Origin: an uncultured delta proteobacterium | GTDB lineage: Bacteria; Desulfobacterota; Desulfobacteria; Desulfobacterales; UBA2156 | Direction of reading: 5' to 3' | NCBI GenBank assembly: GCA_963698465.1 | Contig: CAVOQY010000004.1 | Location: 227,609-291,608, forward strand | Length of the DNA: 64,000 nt | In this document: positions 29,130 to 37,307 of the stretch, in pieces | How the letters are laid out: every line of letters starts with the position of its first letter | How positions within the stretch are numbered: position 1 is the stretch's first letter | The notes under the pieces: generated by a model | What the model saw: the letters and a program-made list of their open reading frames with translations, nothing else | What the model was told of the DNA's origin: nothing | Databases searched by the model: none | Translations under genes and position numbers: made by a program

Positions 29130-30106
29130 CGAATCTGAAGCAGCGCATCCTGAACAGGGTTTCGGCGGACCTTGCCGAGATCGAAAACGCCATTGCAGAA
29201 AACCTAGATCCGCATCTGGACCTGGTTTCCCGGGTCGCCCGGCACATCCTTTTTTCGGGCGGAAAGCGCCTGAGGCCCCTGCTGATGCTGCTCAGCGCCC
29301 GAATCTGCGGTTATGAAAAACCCGACGCCATCCCTTTTTCCGCCATTTTCGAGTACCTCCACGCCGCCACCCTGCTCCATGACGACCTCGTCGACGGGGC
29401 CGACCTGAGGCGCGGCCGAACAGCAGCACACCACCTCTGGGGAAATCCCACGGCGGTTTTGGTCGGGGATTTCCTTCTTGCGCGATCCCTGAGCCTTGCC
29501 GCAAGGACCGAACGCCCGAAGATCATCGGCACCATCGCAGGAATTACCGAGGCCATGTCACAGGGAGAGATTCATCAGCTCCAGCTCAAGGGAAACCCGG
29601 AGATCACCGAAGCGGATTATATGGAGGTGATCCGCCGGAAGACGGCCGTGCTGTTCGAGGGTGCGTGCCGTTCCGGGGCCCTCCTGGCGGATGCCCCCGA
29701 CGCACAGATATCGGCACTGGCCCAGTACGGAGCCCGGCTCGGCCTGGCGTTTCAGATGGCGGACGATCTTTTGGACTACGTCTCCGACACCCGGATCCTT
29801 GGAAAAACGGTGGGAGCGGACCTGAAAGAGGGAAAGCTAACCCTGCCGGTCATCTCGGCGCTTAAAACGGCCGAAAAAGCACAAAAAAACATGATCTTGG
29901 ACCTGATTTTCAATAAAGATTTTTCTGTTCAACAGTTCGAGGAACTGGTATCAATCCTTCATACCACCGGCGGCATCGCCTACACCAGGACCCTGGCTGA
30001 ACGCAACGTGGATGGCGCAAAAGAGGCTATCGGTATTTTTCCACCGTCGTCGACACGGGAACTGCTCATCGACATTGCCGATTATGCCCTCGCCAGACAG
30101 ATGTAA
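29126..30106 (+). CDS. Long-chain polyprenyl diphosphate synthase (IspB-like)
   Basis: GGKRLRP, ATLLHDDLVD, GDFLL, KTAVLF, FQMADDLLD, DLKEGKLTLP. Confidence 0.92.
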   Translation: MTNLKQRILNRVSADLAEIENAIAENLDPHLDLVSRVARHILFSGGKRLRPLLMLLSARICGYEKPDAIPFSAIFEYLHAATLLHDDLVDGADLRRGRTAAHHLWGNPTAVLVGDFLLARSLSLAARTERPKIIGTIAGITEAMSQGEIHQLQLKGNPEITEADYMEVIRRKTAVLFEGACRSGALLADAPDAQISALAQYGARLGLAFQMADDLLDYVSDTRILGKTVGADLKEGKLTLPVISALKTAEKAQKNMILDLIFNKDFSVQQFEELVSILHTTGGIAYTRTLAERNVDGAKEAIGIFPPSSTRELLIDIADYALARQM

Positions 30107-30115
30107 AACACGGCC

Positions 30116-31408
30116 GTGATGCATAAAAGATCCGCACTCGTTTTTTCGGCTTCGGTAAAACGGCTCCTTGCCCGCAACACAGGGACGCTTCGGATCTGGT
30201 GTCTGCTTTTTTTCCTCGCGGCACCGGCTCTGGTCTTGCTGCATCCCGCGCAGCTTAAGGCTTCGGATTCGGGGAAAAAAGTTCAGGTCATCGGAAGCGC
30301 ACCCGTGGTTAAGGGTGACATTTCGTCGGCCAGAAGCGCGGCTGTCTCCGATTGCCTGAACGCTGCCGTTGACACGGCGGTTCTTGCGATTCTGCCCCGG
30401 GAAGCCCTGGTGAGGCATTTCAAGGCAGCGGGTGAAGCGCTCGCAGGCGATTCCAGCCGGTTCATTCAAGAATACAAGGTTTTCACCGAGACCCTGATCG
30501 GCTCGGAATACCGGGTATTCATCGAAGCCGTTGTCCGGATGGACCGAGTCCGACAGCATCTTTTCGACGCCGGTATCGCCGAGGTTCGGGGAAAGCTCCC
30601 AAAGGTCCTCCTGCTCATCGCCGAACCTCCTCGGACCGGCGGCGACCCGGTCTTCGGATGGCAGGCGGCCGCCGAGGGCAATCCCCCATTCTCCGAAGCC
30701 GGGATTTACGAAGTGATGACGGAAAAGGGGCATCCCGTGGTCCGCCCGTCTGTGGAAATCCCGATATTTCCGGACATCCTTACAGACGGACGCACCGATT
30801 TGAGCGATGCCGACGCCTTGGAGCTGGGAAGACGCCTGGAAGTCGAAGTGGTGGTATTCGGGAAAGGCGTCATCGAACCCGGAATCGAGCCTTCTGCCGA
30901 TGCGGGTTATTCCAGAAAGGGAACCGTGACCGTCCGGGCCTTGAGAGTCGACATCGGGGAAGAAATCGGCAGCGTCCTTGAAAGCTTTACAGCCCAAAAC
31001 CCTGAGGATGCCAAAGCTCAAACAGAGGCGCTGCTGGGCGCCGGACGCCTCGCCGGCGCAGCCGTCTCCGATTCGATTGCGCGACAATTCGCTCAGAAAG
31101 ACCACACCGCCGTTTTGATTTCCCTCGTGGTGAGCGGGACGCACCGCCTGGGAAATTTCGTCGCCTTCCGGCGAGCGCTGGTGGCGCTTCCCGGCGTGAA
31201 GAAGATGCAGATCGAAGAAATACGGGCGGAGGAAGCCGTGATCCGGGTGGCGTTTCTGGGAACGGCTCAGGCTTTGGCAAACGCCATCGCCGCAACCGTG
31301 TTCGAGACCTTCGAGGTGCTCGTCCTGGAAACGACGCCAGAGCAGATTCTCCTGGCGCTCTCTCACCGCGAGCAGGACCCTGTTTTAATCCCCTCTCAGA
31401 CGGAATAA
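30116..31408 (+). CDS. Exported hypothetical protein (N-terminus resembles FlgT_N-like domain)
   Basis: Hydrophobic N-terminal segment; GSAPV..D.SSARSAAVSD; same strand between synthase and CDP-alcohol transferase. Confidence 0.6.
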   Translation: MMHKRSALVFSASVKRLLARNTGTLRIWCLLFFLAAPALVLLHPAQLKASDSGKKVQVIGSAPVVKGDISSARSAAVSDCLNAAVDTAVLAILPREALVRHFKAAGEALAGDSSRFIQEYKVFTETLIGSEYRVFIEAVVRMDRVRQHLFDAGIAEVRGKLPKVLLLIAEPPRTGGDPVFGWQAAAEGNPPFSEAGIYEVMTEKGHPVVRPSVEIPIFPDILTDGRTDLSDADALELGRRLEVEVVVFGKGVIEPGIEPSADAGYSRKGTVTVRALRVDIGEEIGSVLESFTAQNPEDAKAQTEALLGAGRLAGAAVSDSIARQFAQKDHTAVLISLVVSGTHRLGNFVAFRRALVALPGVKKMQIEEIRAEEAVIRVAFLGTAQALANAIAATVFETFEVLVLETTPEQILLALSHREQDPVLIPSQTE

Positions 31409-31412
31409 CAGC

Positions 31413-31988
31413 GTGGTCATCGGTCTTCCGAACATAATCACCGTCATCCGGATCATCTTAACCCCCCTTTTCGTCATCCTGCTCCTCAAGGACATGCAAG
31501 GCTATGCCTTGTTGATCTTCACCCTCGCCGGCATCAGCGACGGCCTTGACGGCTTCCTTGCACGATACACGAACCAGCAGACGACCCTGGGGGCCCACCT
31601 CGATCCGCTCGCCGACAAGCTGCTGCTGACCAGCGCTTACATCTGCCTGGCGGTCATGCGCCTGATCCCCGGCTGGCTTGCCGTTCTGGTGATCACCCGT
31701 GACGTCATCATCCTCATCGGCATCGCCGTATTTTCCATGACAGGGATAAGTGTCAGTATCAAACCCAGCCTGATCAGCAAGTGCACCACGGTTTTTCAGC
31801 TTTCCACCATTTTCTTCAGCCTGCTCCAGCCTCGATTCACCCAGGCCTTCGCCCTCGGCTGGGCCCTGATCTGGATCACCGCCGCCCTCACCATCCTTTC
31901 CGGACTCCACTACATCTACCTCGGGTTGGCCAACATGCAAAACGGCCCTAAACCGGCGCGAAACAAAAACGGATCCGCCCGCTCTTAA
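31413..31988 (+). CDS. CDP-alcohol phosphatidyltransferase (PgsA-like)
   Basis: PNIITVIR, SDGLDGFLAR..TTLGAHLDPLADK. Confidence 0.9.
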   Translation: MVIGLPNIITVIRIILTPLFVILLLKDMQGYALLIFTLAGISDGLDGFLARYTNQQTTLGAHLDPLADKLLLTSAYICLAVMRLIPGWLAVLVITRDVIILIGIAVFSMTGISVSIKPSLISKCTTVFQLSTIFFSLLQPRFTQAFALGWALIWITAALTILSGLHYIYLGLANMQNGPKPARNKNGSARS

Positions 31989-32021
31989 ACCGTCCTTTTT
32001 TCATTCCGGGACACAAAAGCC

Positions 32022-32050
32022 TTGAAAGGATCGGAGTCCTCTGGTAGGAT
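32022..32050 (+). promoter_or_regulatory. Sigma70 promoter for tRNA-His/tRNA-Arg
   Basis: TTGAAA-17 nt-TAGGAT with extended TGn. Confidence 0.55.
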
Positions 32051-32061
32051 ATTCTGACAAT

Positions 32062-32138
32062 GGTGGGTGTAGCTCAGTTGGCAGAGCACCGGGTTGTGGC
32101 CCCGGTTGTCGTGGGTTCAATTCCCATCACTCACCCCA
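32062..32138 (+). tRNA. tRNA-His (GTG), including encoded G-1
   Basis: Acceptor GTGGGTG/CACTCAC, anticodon arm CCGGG-TTGTGGC-CCCGG, TTCAATT loop, C73 + CCA. Confidence 0.95.
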
Positions 32139-32185
32139 TACCGGATCAAAAGCCTCCCGAAATTCAAGTAGGGGGGCTTCTTCGT

Positions 32186-32262
32186 GCGCCCGTAGCTCAG
32201 CTGGACAGAGCGCCGGACTTCGAATCCGTAGGCCGCAGGTTCGAATCCTGCCGGGCGTACCA
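32186..32262 (+). tRNA. tRNA-Arg (TCG)
   Basis: GCGCCCG/CGGGCGT acceptor, anticodon loop CT-TCG-AA, GGTTCGAATCC, ACCA end. Confidence 0.93.
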
Positions 32263-32502
32263 CACCAATCCGGTTCTTTTGTCCCTATTCCAAAACCCCA
32301 CTTTCACACGGCACCGGTTTTTACAGAAATTCCTTTTAAAGAAAGCCTGGGCGTTTTCGGTGGCGTGGCGGATTTGCTTTGCCATCGAAAACCGGAAAGA
32401 CATGATTTCAGCACGGACAGGGTTTGAACAGCAACGGGATTTTTCTTTTCGGGTTTGATCCCGATAACCTTTTGTATTGACGGTTGCCAGGAGAGATTTT
32501 GC

Positions 32503-33618
32503 ATGTCTTTCGATAGCAAGGCCTTGAGGATGCTCTGCGCTCTGCTCGGTTTGATCCTTGCGGGCAGCTGGGAAAGGCCGTCGTTTGCAACGGTTTACAA
32601 GTACAAGGATTCCCAGGGAAACTGGCACTTCACGGACACCCCCCCCGAGGGACAGGGCGTCGAAGAGACCCAAAACGGGAAAACGGACGCGCATCCCGTG
32701 AGTTGGGATCTGAACCGGTACCTGGAAGAGAAACTGCGCCCGAGAAATGTCCTGGAAAAGGCCAGAAATTATACGGTCACCCTCAAAACGCCCATCGGAC
32801 TGGGCTCCGGGTTCTTTATCGACGAAAAGGGGTCCATCGTCACCAACCGGCATCTTTTTGAAGGCGACAAGAACCAAATGGAAGCCGCAAACCAGCTTCT
32901 GAAAAATGAAACTGCCAGGCTGGAAAATTTCAAGAAAGATCTTCTGGCCTTTGCCGCCAACCTGATGGCCTTCGAGCGGCTCGGGGATGAACCTCGACTG
33001 ACCCAAAGCCTGAAAAAGGAGGACCTGGATGCATTTTCGAGGCTCTACAAGGAATTCGACCGTAAAGACCCGGCTTTTTCGATGAACGCCCAGCGCTTCG
33101 ATGCGGCGCTCCAAGACCTTCATCAAAGACAGGAAAAACTCGACAAATTAAAAGAATATCTCCAGGACTTGGAGAGGAAGGCTTCCCACCCCCCCGCCTA
33201 CGTGACCGTTCTTCTGGCCGATAATACCTCCTTCGAAGCCAGATTCATCGCCAAAAGCCCCGATCACGACCTCGCTTTGTTCCGACTGTCCGGCTATCAG
33301 ACCCCCTGCCCGGAATTCGCTGATGTCTTCAGGATCGCGGCCGGCGCGCGCGTCTATGCCATCGGGAGCCCGATGGGGTTGAGCCATTCGGTGACCGAAG
33401 GTATTTTTTCCTCCTTGAGAAGGGACTCTCGAGGGGCGTGGATTATCCAAAGTACCGCCAAGGTGAACAAGGGCAACAGCGGCGGCCCGCTCATCGACGA
33501 AAAAGGAAGGGTTTTGGGCGTCAATACGGCAAAAATGCTGCGCCCGGGCGCCGAAGGAATCAGTCTTTCCGTCTCCATCAACACGGTCACGGAGGCCTTC
33601 AGAAGCGAGCTGAAATAG
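32503..33618 (+). CDS. Exported trypsin-like (S1C) serine protease with DUF4124-like N-terminus and helical insert
   Basis: Signal peptide; YKYKDSQGNWHFTDTPP; GSGFFI..VTNRH, DLAL, NKGNSGGPL; no PDZ. Confidence 0.88.
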   Translation: MSFDSKALRMLCALLGLILAGSWERPSFATVYKYKDSQGNWHFTDTPPEGQGVEETQNGKTDAHPVSWDLNRYLEEKLRPRNVLEKARNYTVTLKTPIGLGSGFFIDEKGSIVTNRHLFEGDKNQMEAANQLLKNETARLENFKKDLLAFAANLMAFERLGDEPRLTQSLKKEDLDAFSRLYKEFDRKDPAFSMNAQRFDAALQDLHQRQEKLDKLKEYLQDLERKASHPPAYVTVLLADNTSFEARFIAKSPDHDLALFRLSGYQTPCPEFADVFRIAAGARVYAIGSPMGLSHSVTEGIFSSLRRDSRGAWIIQSTAKVNKGNSGGPLIDEKGRVLGVNTAKMLRPGAEGISLSVSINTVTEAFRSELK

Positions 33619-34503
33619 ATGGATTTTGGAATGGGAAGAATATCATCGGGAACGGAGGCGCCGCCGGAAAAACTCCCCGGGGGAGGATGCGTCGTGTGTG
33701 GTAACGAACGAGGCCGTGTGTTGACCCGGCACGAGCAGTGGCGGGTTCTGGCCTGTTCGCGCTGCGGCCTCGGCGCTCTCGACCCGCGCCCTGCCGAAAG
33801 CGATCTGCAAAAGCTCTACGAAGCCGACTATTTCTACCAACAGTACGACCGGGGTCTTGATCCCTCATCGGCGGAATTTCAAAAGCGGCTCCGGAGCGAG
33901 GATCACCGGGTCCGATTCGTTAAGAAAGCCGCTTCCGCTGAAAGGCTGCTGGACATGGGGTGCGGATACGGGTACTTCCTCGCCGCAGCACGAAAGGCCG
34001 GATTCGAATGCACGGGCTATGAAATCGCCCCATGGCCCATCCGGTATGCTTCCCAAAGCCTGGAGATATCCATTGCCACCGGCCCCTTGTCACCGGACTT
34101 ATTCGACCCGGAGCGTTTCGACGTCATCTCCATGTGGCATTTCCTCGAACACACGCCGGACCCGAACCTCACCATCGCTTCAGCGGCGTGCTGGCTGAAG
34201 AAAAACGGCGCCCTGGTGATCGACGTCCCCAACTACGAGGGAACGGATGCGGAAAAAAGCGGCAAGACCTGGGTGGGCTGGCAGTTGCCCTACCACTTCT
34301 ATCATTTTTCACCGTCCAGCCTGGAAATGCTTCTGAAAAAACATGGATTTGTCGTTTCCGCTTCCAAGAACTACCACTCGGAGAAAGTCAAAGAAAAAAT
34401 CGGCCGGATCCCTGTCCTCCGCTGGGCCGCCCGCCCCATCGCCAAGCTTTATTCCGGAACCAGCATCGCCGTCATCGCCAAACCCGTGGATTCCCGGCAC
34501 TGA
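33619..34503 (+). CDS. Class I SAM-dependent methyltransferase with N-terminal Zn-ribbon
   Basis: CVVC..CSRC; LLDMGCGYGYFL, FDVISMWHFLEH..P, IDVPN. Confidence 0.85.
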   Translation: MDFGMGRISSGTEAPPEKLPGGGCVVCGNERGRVLTRHEQWRVLACSRCGLGALDPRPAESDLQKLYEADYFYQQYDRGLDPSSAEFQKRLRSEDHRVRFVKKAASAERLLDMGCGYGYFLAAARKAGFECTGYEIAPWPIRYASQSLEISIATGPLSPDLFDPERFDVISMWHFLEHTPDPNLTIASAACWLKKNGALVIDVPNYEGTDAEKSGKTWVGWQLPYHFYHFSPSSLEMLLKKHGFVVSASKNYHSEKVKEKIGRIPVLRWAARPIAKLYSGTSIAVIAKPVDSRH

Positions 34504-34515
34504 AAGGACCCAAGG

Positions 34516-35361
34516 ATGATCATCGACTTTCACACCCATCTTTTTCCCAAAAAAATCCGGGACCACCGGGAGCGTTTTTTCGACGGGGAGCCGGCGTTTC
34601 GGCTCCTCTATGAATCCCCTTCGTCACGGCTTGCCGGGGAGGACGACCTCCTCAAGGCCATGGACCACGACGGCGTCGATGTCTCCGTGGTTTTCGGCTT
34701 TCCGTGGAAGAACCCCGACACGGCGAAGCGTCACAACGATGGCATCCTGGAGGCTGTTTCCGCCCACCCGGAACGGTTCGTCGGCCTGTGCTGCCTGGAT
34801 CCAAATTCGGATCCTTCCGGGCAGGAGGTCCGGCGCTGCCTTGACAGCGGGCTTTCCGGCGTGGGGGAGATCGCCTTTTACGACTCCGAGCTTGATGAAC
34901 GGAGCCTGGACAGTCTGGAATCCATCATGGAAATCTGCAGGAGCCGGGACTTGCCGGTCCTGATCCATGTGAACGAGCCCGTCGGGCACCGTTATGCCGG
35001 CAAGACGCGGATGACGTTTGCCCAGATCGAGGCGCTTTGCCGCCGGTATCCCGAAAATCGCCTCGTCCTGGCGCACTGGGGCGGTGGATTTTTCTTTTTT
35101 TATCTTTTGAAAAAAGAGATGAAAAAAGCCCTTGAAAATATCTTTTTCGACACCGCCGCCTCGCCCTTTCTGTATGATCCCAAAATCTACAGGGTGGCGG
35201 TGGAAATCCTCGGCCCCGAAAAGATCCTTTTCGGAAGCGATTTCCCCCTGATCCGGGCCGAAAGAGGCCTTCAGGAAATGGAAACGGCAGGACTGAACAA
35301 GGAAGCATTAGACCCGATCCGGGGGCTCAATGCCGGAAATCTGTTGAAACTAAGCCTCTAA
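34516..35361 (+). CDS. Amidohydrolase family (Amidohydro_2) metallohydrolase
   Basis: IIDFHTH, GVGEI, LIH, LAHWGGG, FDTAA, ILFGSDFP. Confidence 0.88.
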   Translation: MIIDFHTHLFPKKIRDHRERFFDGEPAFRLLYESPSSRLAGEDDLLKAMDHDGVDVSVVFGFPWKNPDTAKRHNDGILEAVSAHPERFVGLCCLDPNSDPSGQEVRRCLDSGLSGVGEIAFYDSELDERSLDSLESIMEICRSRDLPVLIHVNEPVGHRYAGKTRMTFAQIEALCRRYPENRLVLAHWGGGFFFFYLLKKEMKKALENIFFDTAASPFLYDPKIYRVAVEILGPEKILFGSDFPLIRAERGLQEMETAGLNKEALDPIRGLNAGNLLKLSL

Positions 35362-36024
35362 ATCCAGCCTCTCGAGAAGGGCTTGAACCGGATCCCGATG
35401 CTCCCGGGGGACCTTCAATCGGCGCAAAAGACGGTTTCCGAGGATCCCTTGGCGCGTCGCCCGAAGTTCTGGAAGCACCTCATCAGGAAAAGCGCCTTGA
35501 TGCCCTAATTCCAGAAACACGTCGATTAAGTTTCCCGAAAATCCCTTTGCATCCAGATGTTCGATGACCTGCAAGAGGACGCTGGTGGTGGTAAGGACAA
35601 CGGGTTTTACCGTGGCATATCCCGAATCCCGGCAAGATGCCTCGGAAACCATGGAGCGGCACATGAACGGGCGAACGGCATAGATCGTGCATTTTTCCCC
35701 CTCCAGCAAGGGGCACGGACCCCAGCTGGGGTCTCCTCCCTCTTCGGGGAGATCCCTTCCCGAATCGAGGAGTTCGGCCATCCCGTTCAAGGTGATGGAG
35801 GGCTGGAACCGGGGAAGATCCCTCGAAAAAAGAAGCCGCCGAAAAAGGTCCCGGCGTGAAGGTCCGTTCAGGTTTTCGAGGACCCATCGCCCCTCCAGGG
35901 CGGTCATCGTCACGTTTCGGGTGCAGCAGGCCGTGCATCCGGGTTTGCAGGATTTGGGCTGCCCCTCTACAAACGCATCGAAGAGCCGGTAGATCTTCTG
36001 TAATTGAGCGGACCGTTCATCCAC
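35350..36024 (-). CDS. YkgJ-family cysteine-cluster (CxxGCxxCC) protein
   Basis: CKPGCTACC..CPLL..CTIYAVRPFMCR; GTG start. Confidence 0.8.
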   Translation of the reverse strand: MDERSAQLQKIYRLFDAFVEGQPKSCKPGCTACCTRNVTMTALEGRWVLENLNGPSRRDLFRRLLFSRDLPRFQPSITLNGMAELLDSGRDLPEEGGDPSWGPCPLLEGEKCTIYAVRPFMCRSMVSEASCRDSGYATVKPVVLTTTSVLLQVIEHLDAKGFSGNLIDVFLELGHQGAFPDEVLPELRATRQGILGNRLLRRLKVPREHRDPVQALLERLDLEA

Positions 36025-36086
36025 GGCCGGGTCCAGGTTCGGGAGGGTTTTTTCGGCGCAAGATCATCTGGAAGGTGGGCTTAAAA

Positions 36087-36123
36087 AGTTTCCAAATGGA
36101 AACTGCCGATTTCCATACGGAAA
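36087..36123. promoter_or_regulatory. Tandem palindromic sites TTTCC-N4-GGAAA (putative enhancer for a sigma54 activator)
   Basis: TTTCC-AAAT-GGAAA at 36089-36102 and TTTCC-ATAC-GGAAA at 36110-36123, 21 bp apart. Confidence 0.6.
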
Positions 36124-36190
36124 CAAAGGGGTGTGAATCTGGAGCGCTTCTGTTCTTTCTTCCGGGTTTCCATTAAAGCCTCCGAGATTA

Positions 36191-36203
36191 CAACCATTTG
36201 ATA
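36191..36203 (-). promoter_or_regulatory. IHF consensus site
   Basis: Minus strand TATCAA-ATGG-TTG matches WATCAANNNNTTR, in an AT-rich patch between palindromes and sigma54 box. Confidence 0.6.
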
Positions 36204-36254
36204 TCAAAGTGTAATTTTGTTATATGAGGGCAATCTGCTCCGAGAAAAGAAAAT

Positions 36255-36270
36255 GGGCACGGTATTTGCT
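36255..36270 (+). promoter_or_regulatory. Sigma54 (RpoN) -24/-12 promoter
   Basis: GGGCACGGTATTTGCT: GG(36256-7)-N10-GC(36268-9); one mismatch to TGGCACG-N4-TTGCW. Confidence 0.7.
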
Positions 36271-36280
36271 TCCTCTTAAT

Positions 36281-36343
36281 TGCACGTGCATTTCTTCATC
36301 TTCATTTTCTCCTTAACGGCTGGTCCTTGGGACCGGCCGTTTT
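36281..36343 (+). ncRNA. Candidate sigma54-dependent small RNA with anti-SD/anti-AUG region
   Basis: Predicted +1 near 36281; pyrimidine tract TTCTTCATCTTCATTTTCTCCTT then 12-bp hairpin and T-run; no + strand gene downstream. Confidence 0.6.
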
Positions 36344-36351
36344 CATTTCTT
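36315..36351 (+). terminator. Intrinsic terminator
   Basis: AACGGCTGGTCC-TTG-GGACCGGCCGTT followed by TTCATTTCTT. Confidence 0.7.
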
Positions 36352-37038
36352 AAGCCCTGAAACTTCCTCTTTTGCCAGCTCCATGAACAGCGAATCCGGA
36401 AATTCGGAAAGGATCCGGTTGAGTTTTTCGGATTTGGCCTCGGTGCCACTTGCCGGGTCGGAAAGATGCGCCAAGATAAACAGAGCCTCGTCTTTCAACA
36501 GAGGCTCATCTCCGGAGGCGATCTGCTCGAAGCACCGGACCGCCTGCCCGGAATCCTGCTTTTTTAGGTAGGCATGCCCCAGCCCGCTCAAGATGACGTT
36601 TTTCAGCAGAGGCTGACCCCCGAAATCCTCAATTGCATGCTGGTAAGCCGCGATGGCTGCGTCCAGGTCACCGGTCCGATAAAGGAGATTGGCCAATAGA
36701 ACCCGCCCCATTTTCCCGGAACCGGTGTCGGGGAACTTCTCCACAAAACTCCTCAGCATTTCTTTGACCCGCGCCCGATCTTGAGAGGCGTTTGGATCCT
36801 TTTCGGCCAAGCGATAGGCCGCCATGACCTCTCCGAAGGCGGCAACCGACTGCCTGTTCTGGACCCGCTTATAATAGATCCATCCGGAAAAGGCCGCAGC
36901 AGAAAAAACCGCAGCTGCCACTCCCCAGACGATCCTATCCCTGTTCTGATCGATCCATCGAATTATTCTCGCTGAAATCGTGATAAATTCATCCGGTTCT
37001 TTCAAGAGTTGTTTTCTCGTGACTTTTTTCTTTGCCAT
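36343..37038 (-). CDS. Membrane-anchored TPR protein (YfgM-like)
   Basis: Basic N-terminus RKQLLKEPDEF, one TM, TPR-like helices, FPDS; GGAGG RBS before 37038. Confidence 0.75.
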   Translation of the reverse strand: MAKKKVTRKQLLKEPDEFITISARIIRWIDQNRDRIVWGVAAAVFSAAAFSGWIYYKRVQNRQSVAAFGEVMAAYRLAEKDPNASQDRARVKEMLRSFVEKFPDTGSGKMGRVLLANLLYRTGDLDAAIAAYQHAIEDFGGQPLLKNVILSGLGHAYLKKQDSGQAVRCFEQIASGDEPLLKDEALFILAHLSDPASGTEAKSEKLNRILSEFPDSLFMELAKEEVSGLKK

Positions 37039-37307
37039 CTTTCCTCCGGCTGTCAACACTCCCCGGTTCCTCGCAAGGGAAGCCGTGGGGATCGGTTGAA
37101 CGGGCCTCCTTCAATGGGGCCTTGATTTGGGGGGCGTCTTTACAAATCTTCCGGCATCCTGTATGTCGGGCTGCAAGCCTCATAGGACATTCCGGGGATC
37201 CGGGCAACAAAAAAGAGGCCTGCCCTGCTTTTCCACTTCAGGGCCGGGATCCGCTTGGCCCCGGGAAGCGGCTTGCTTTTTTTCACAAGGTGATTATGGT
37301 CACGGTT

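Noticed and set aside
32060-32458. 132-aa ORF spanning the tRNAs
   Set aside because: Overlaps tRNA-His and tRNA-Arg; spurious.
37065-37110. AGGGAAGCCG motif resembling a cobalamin riboswitch
   Set aside because: No GCCACTG / B12-box elements follow and the flanking genes are not B12-related.
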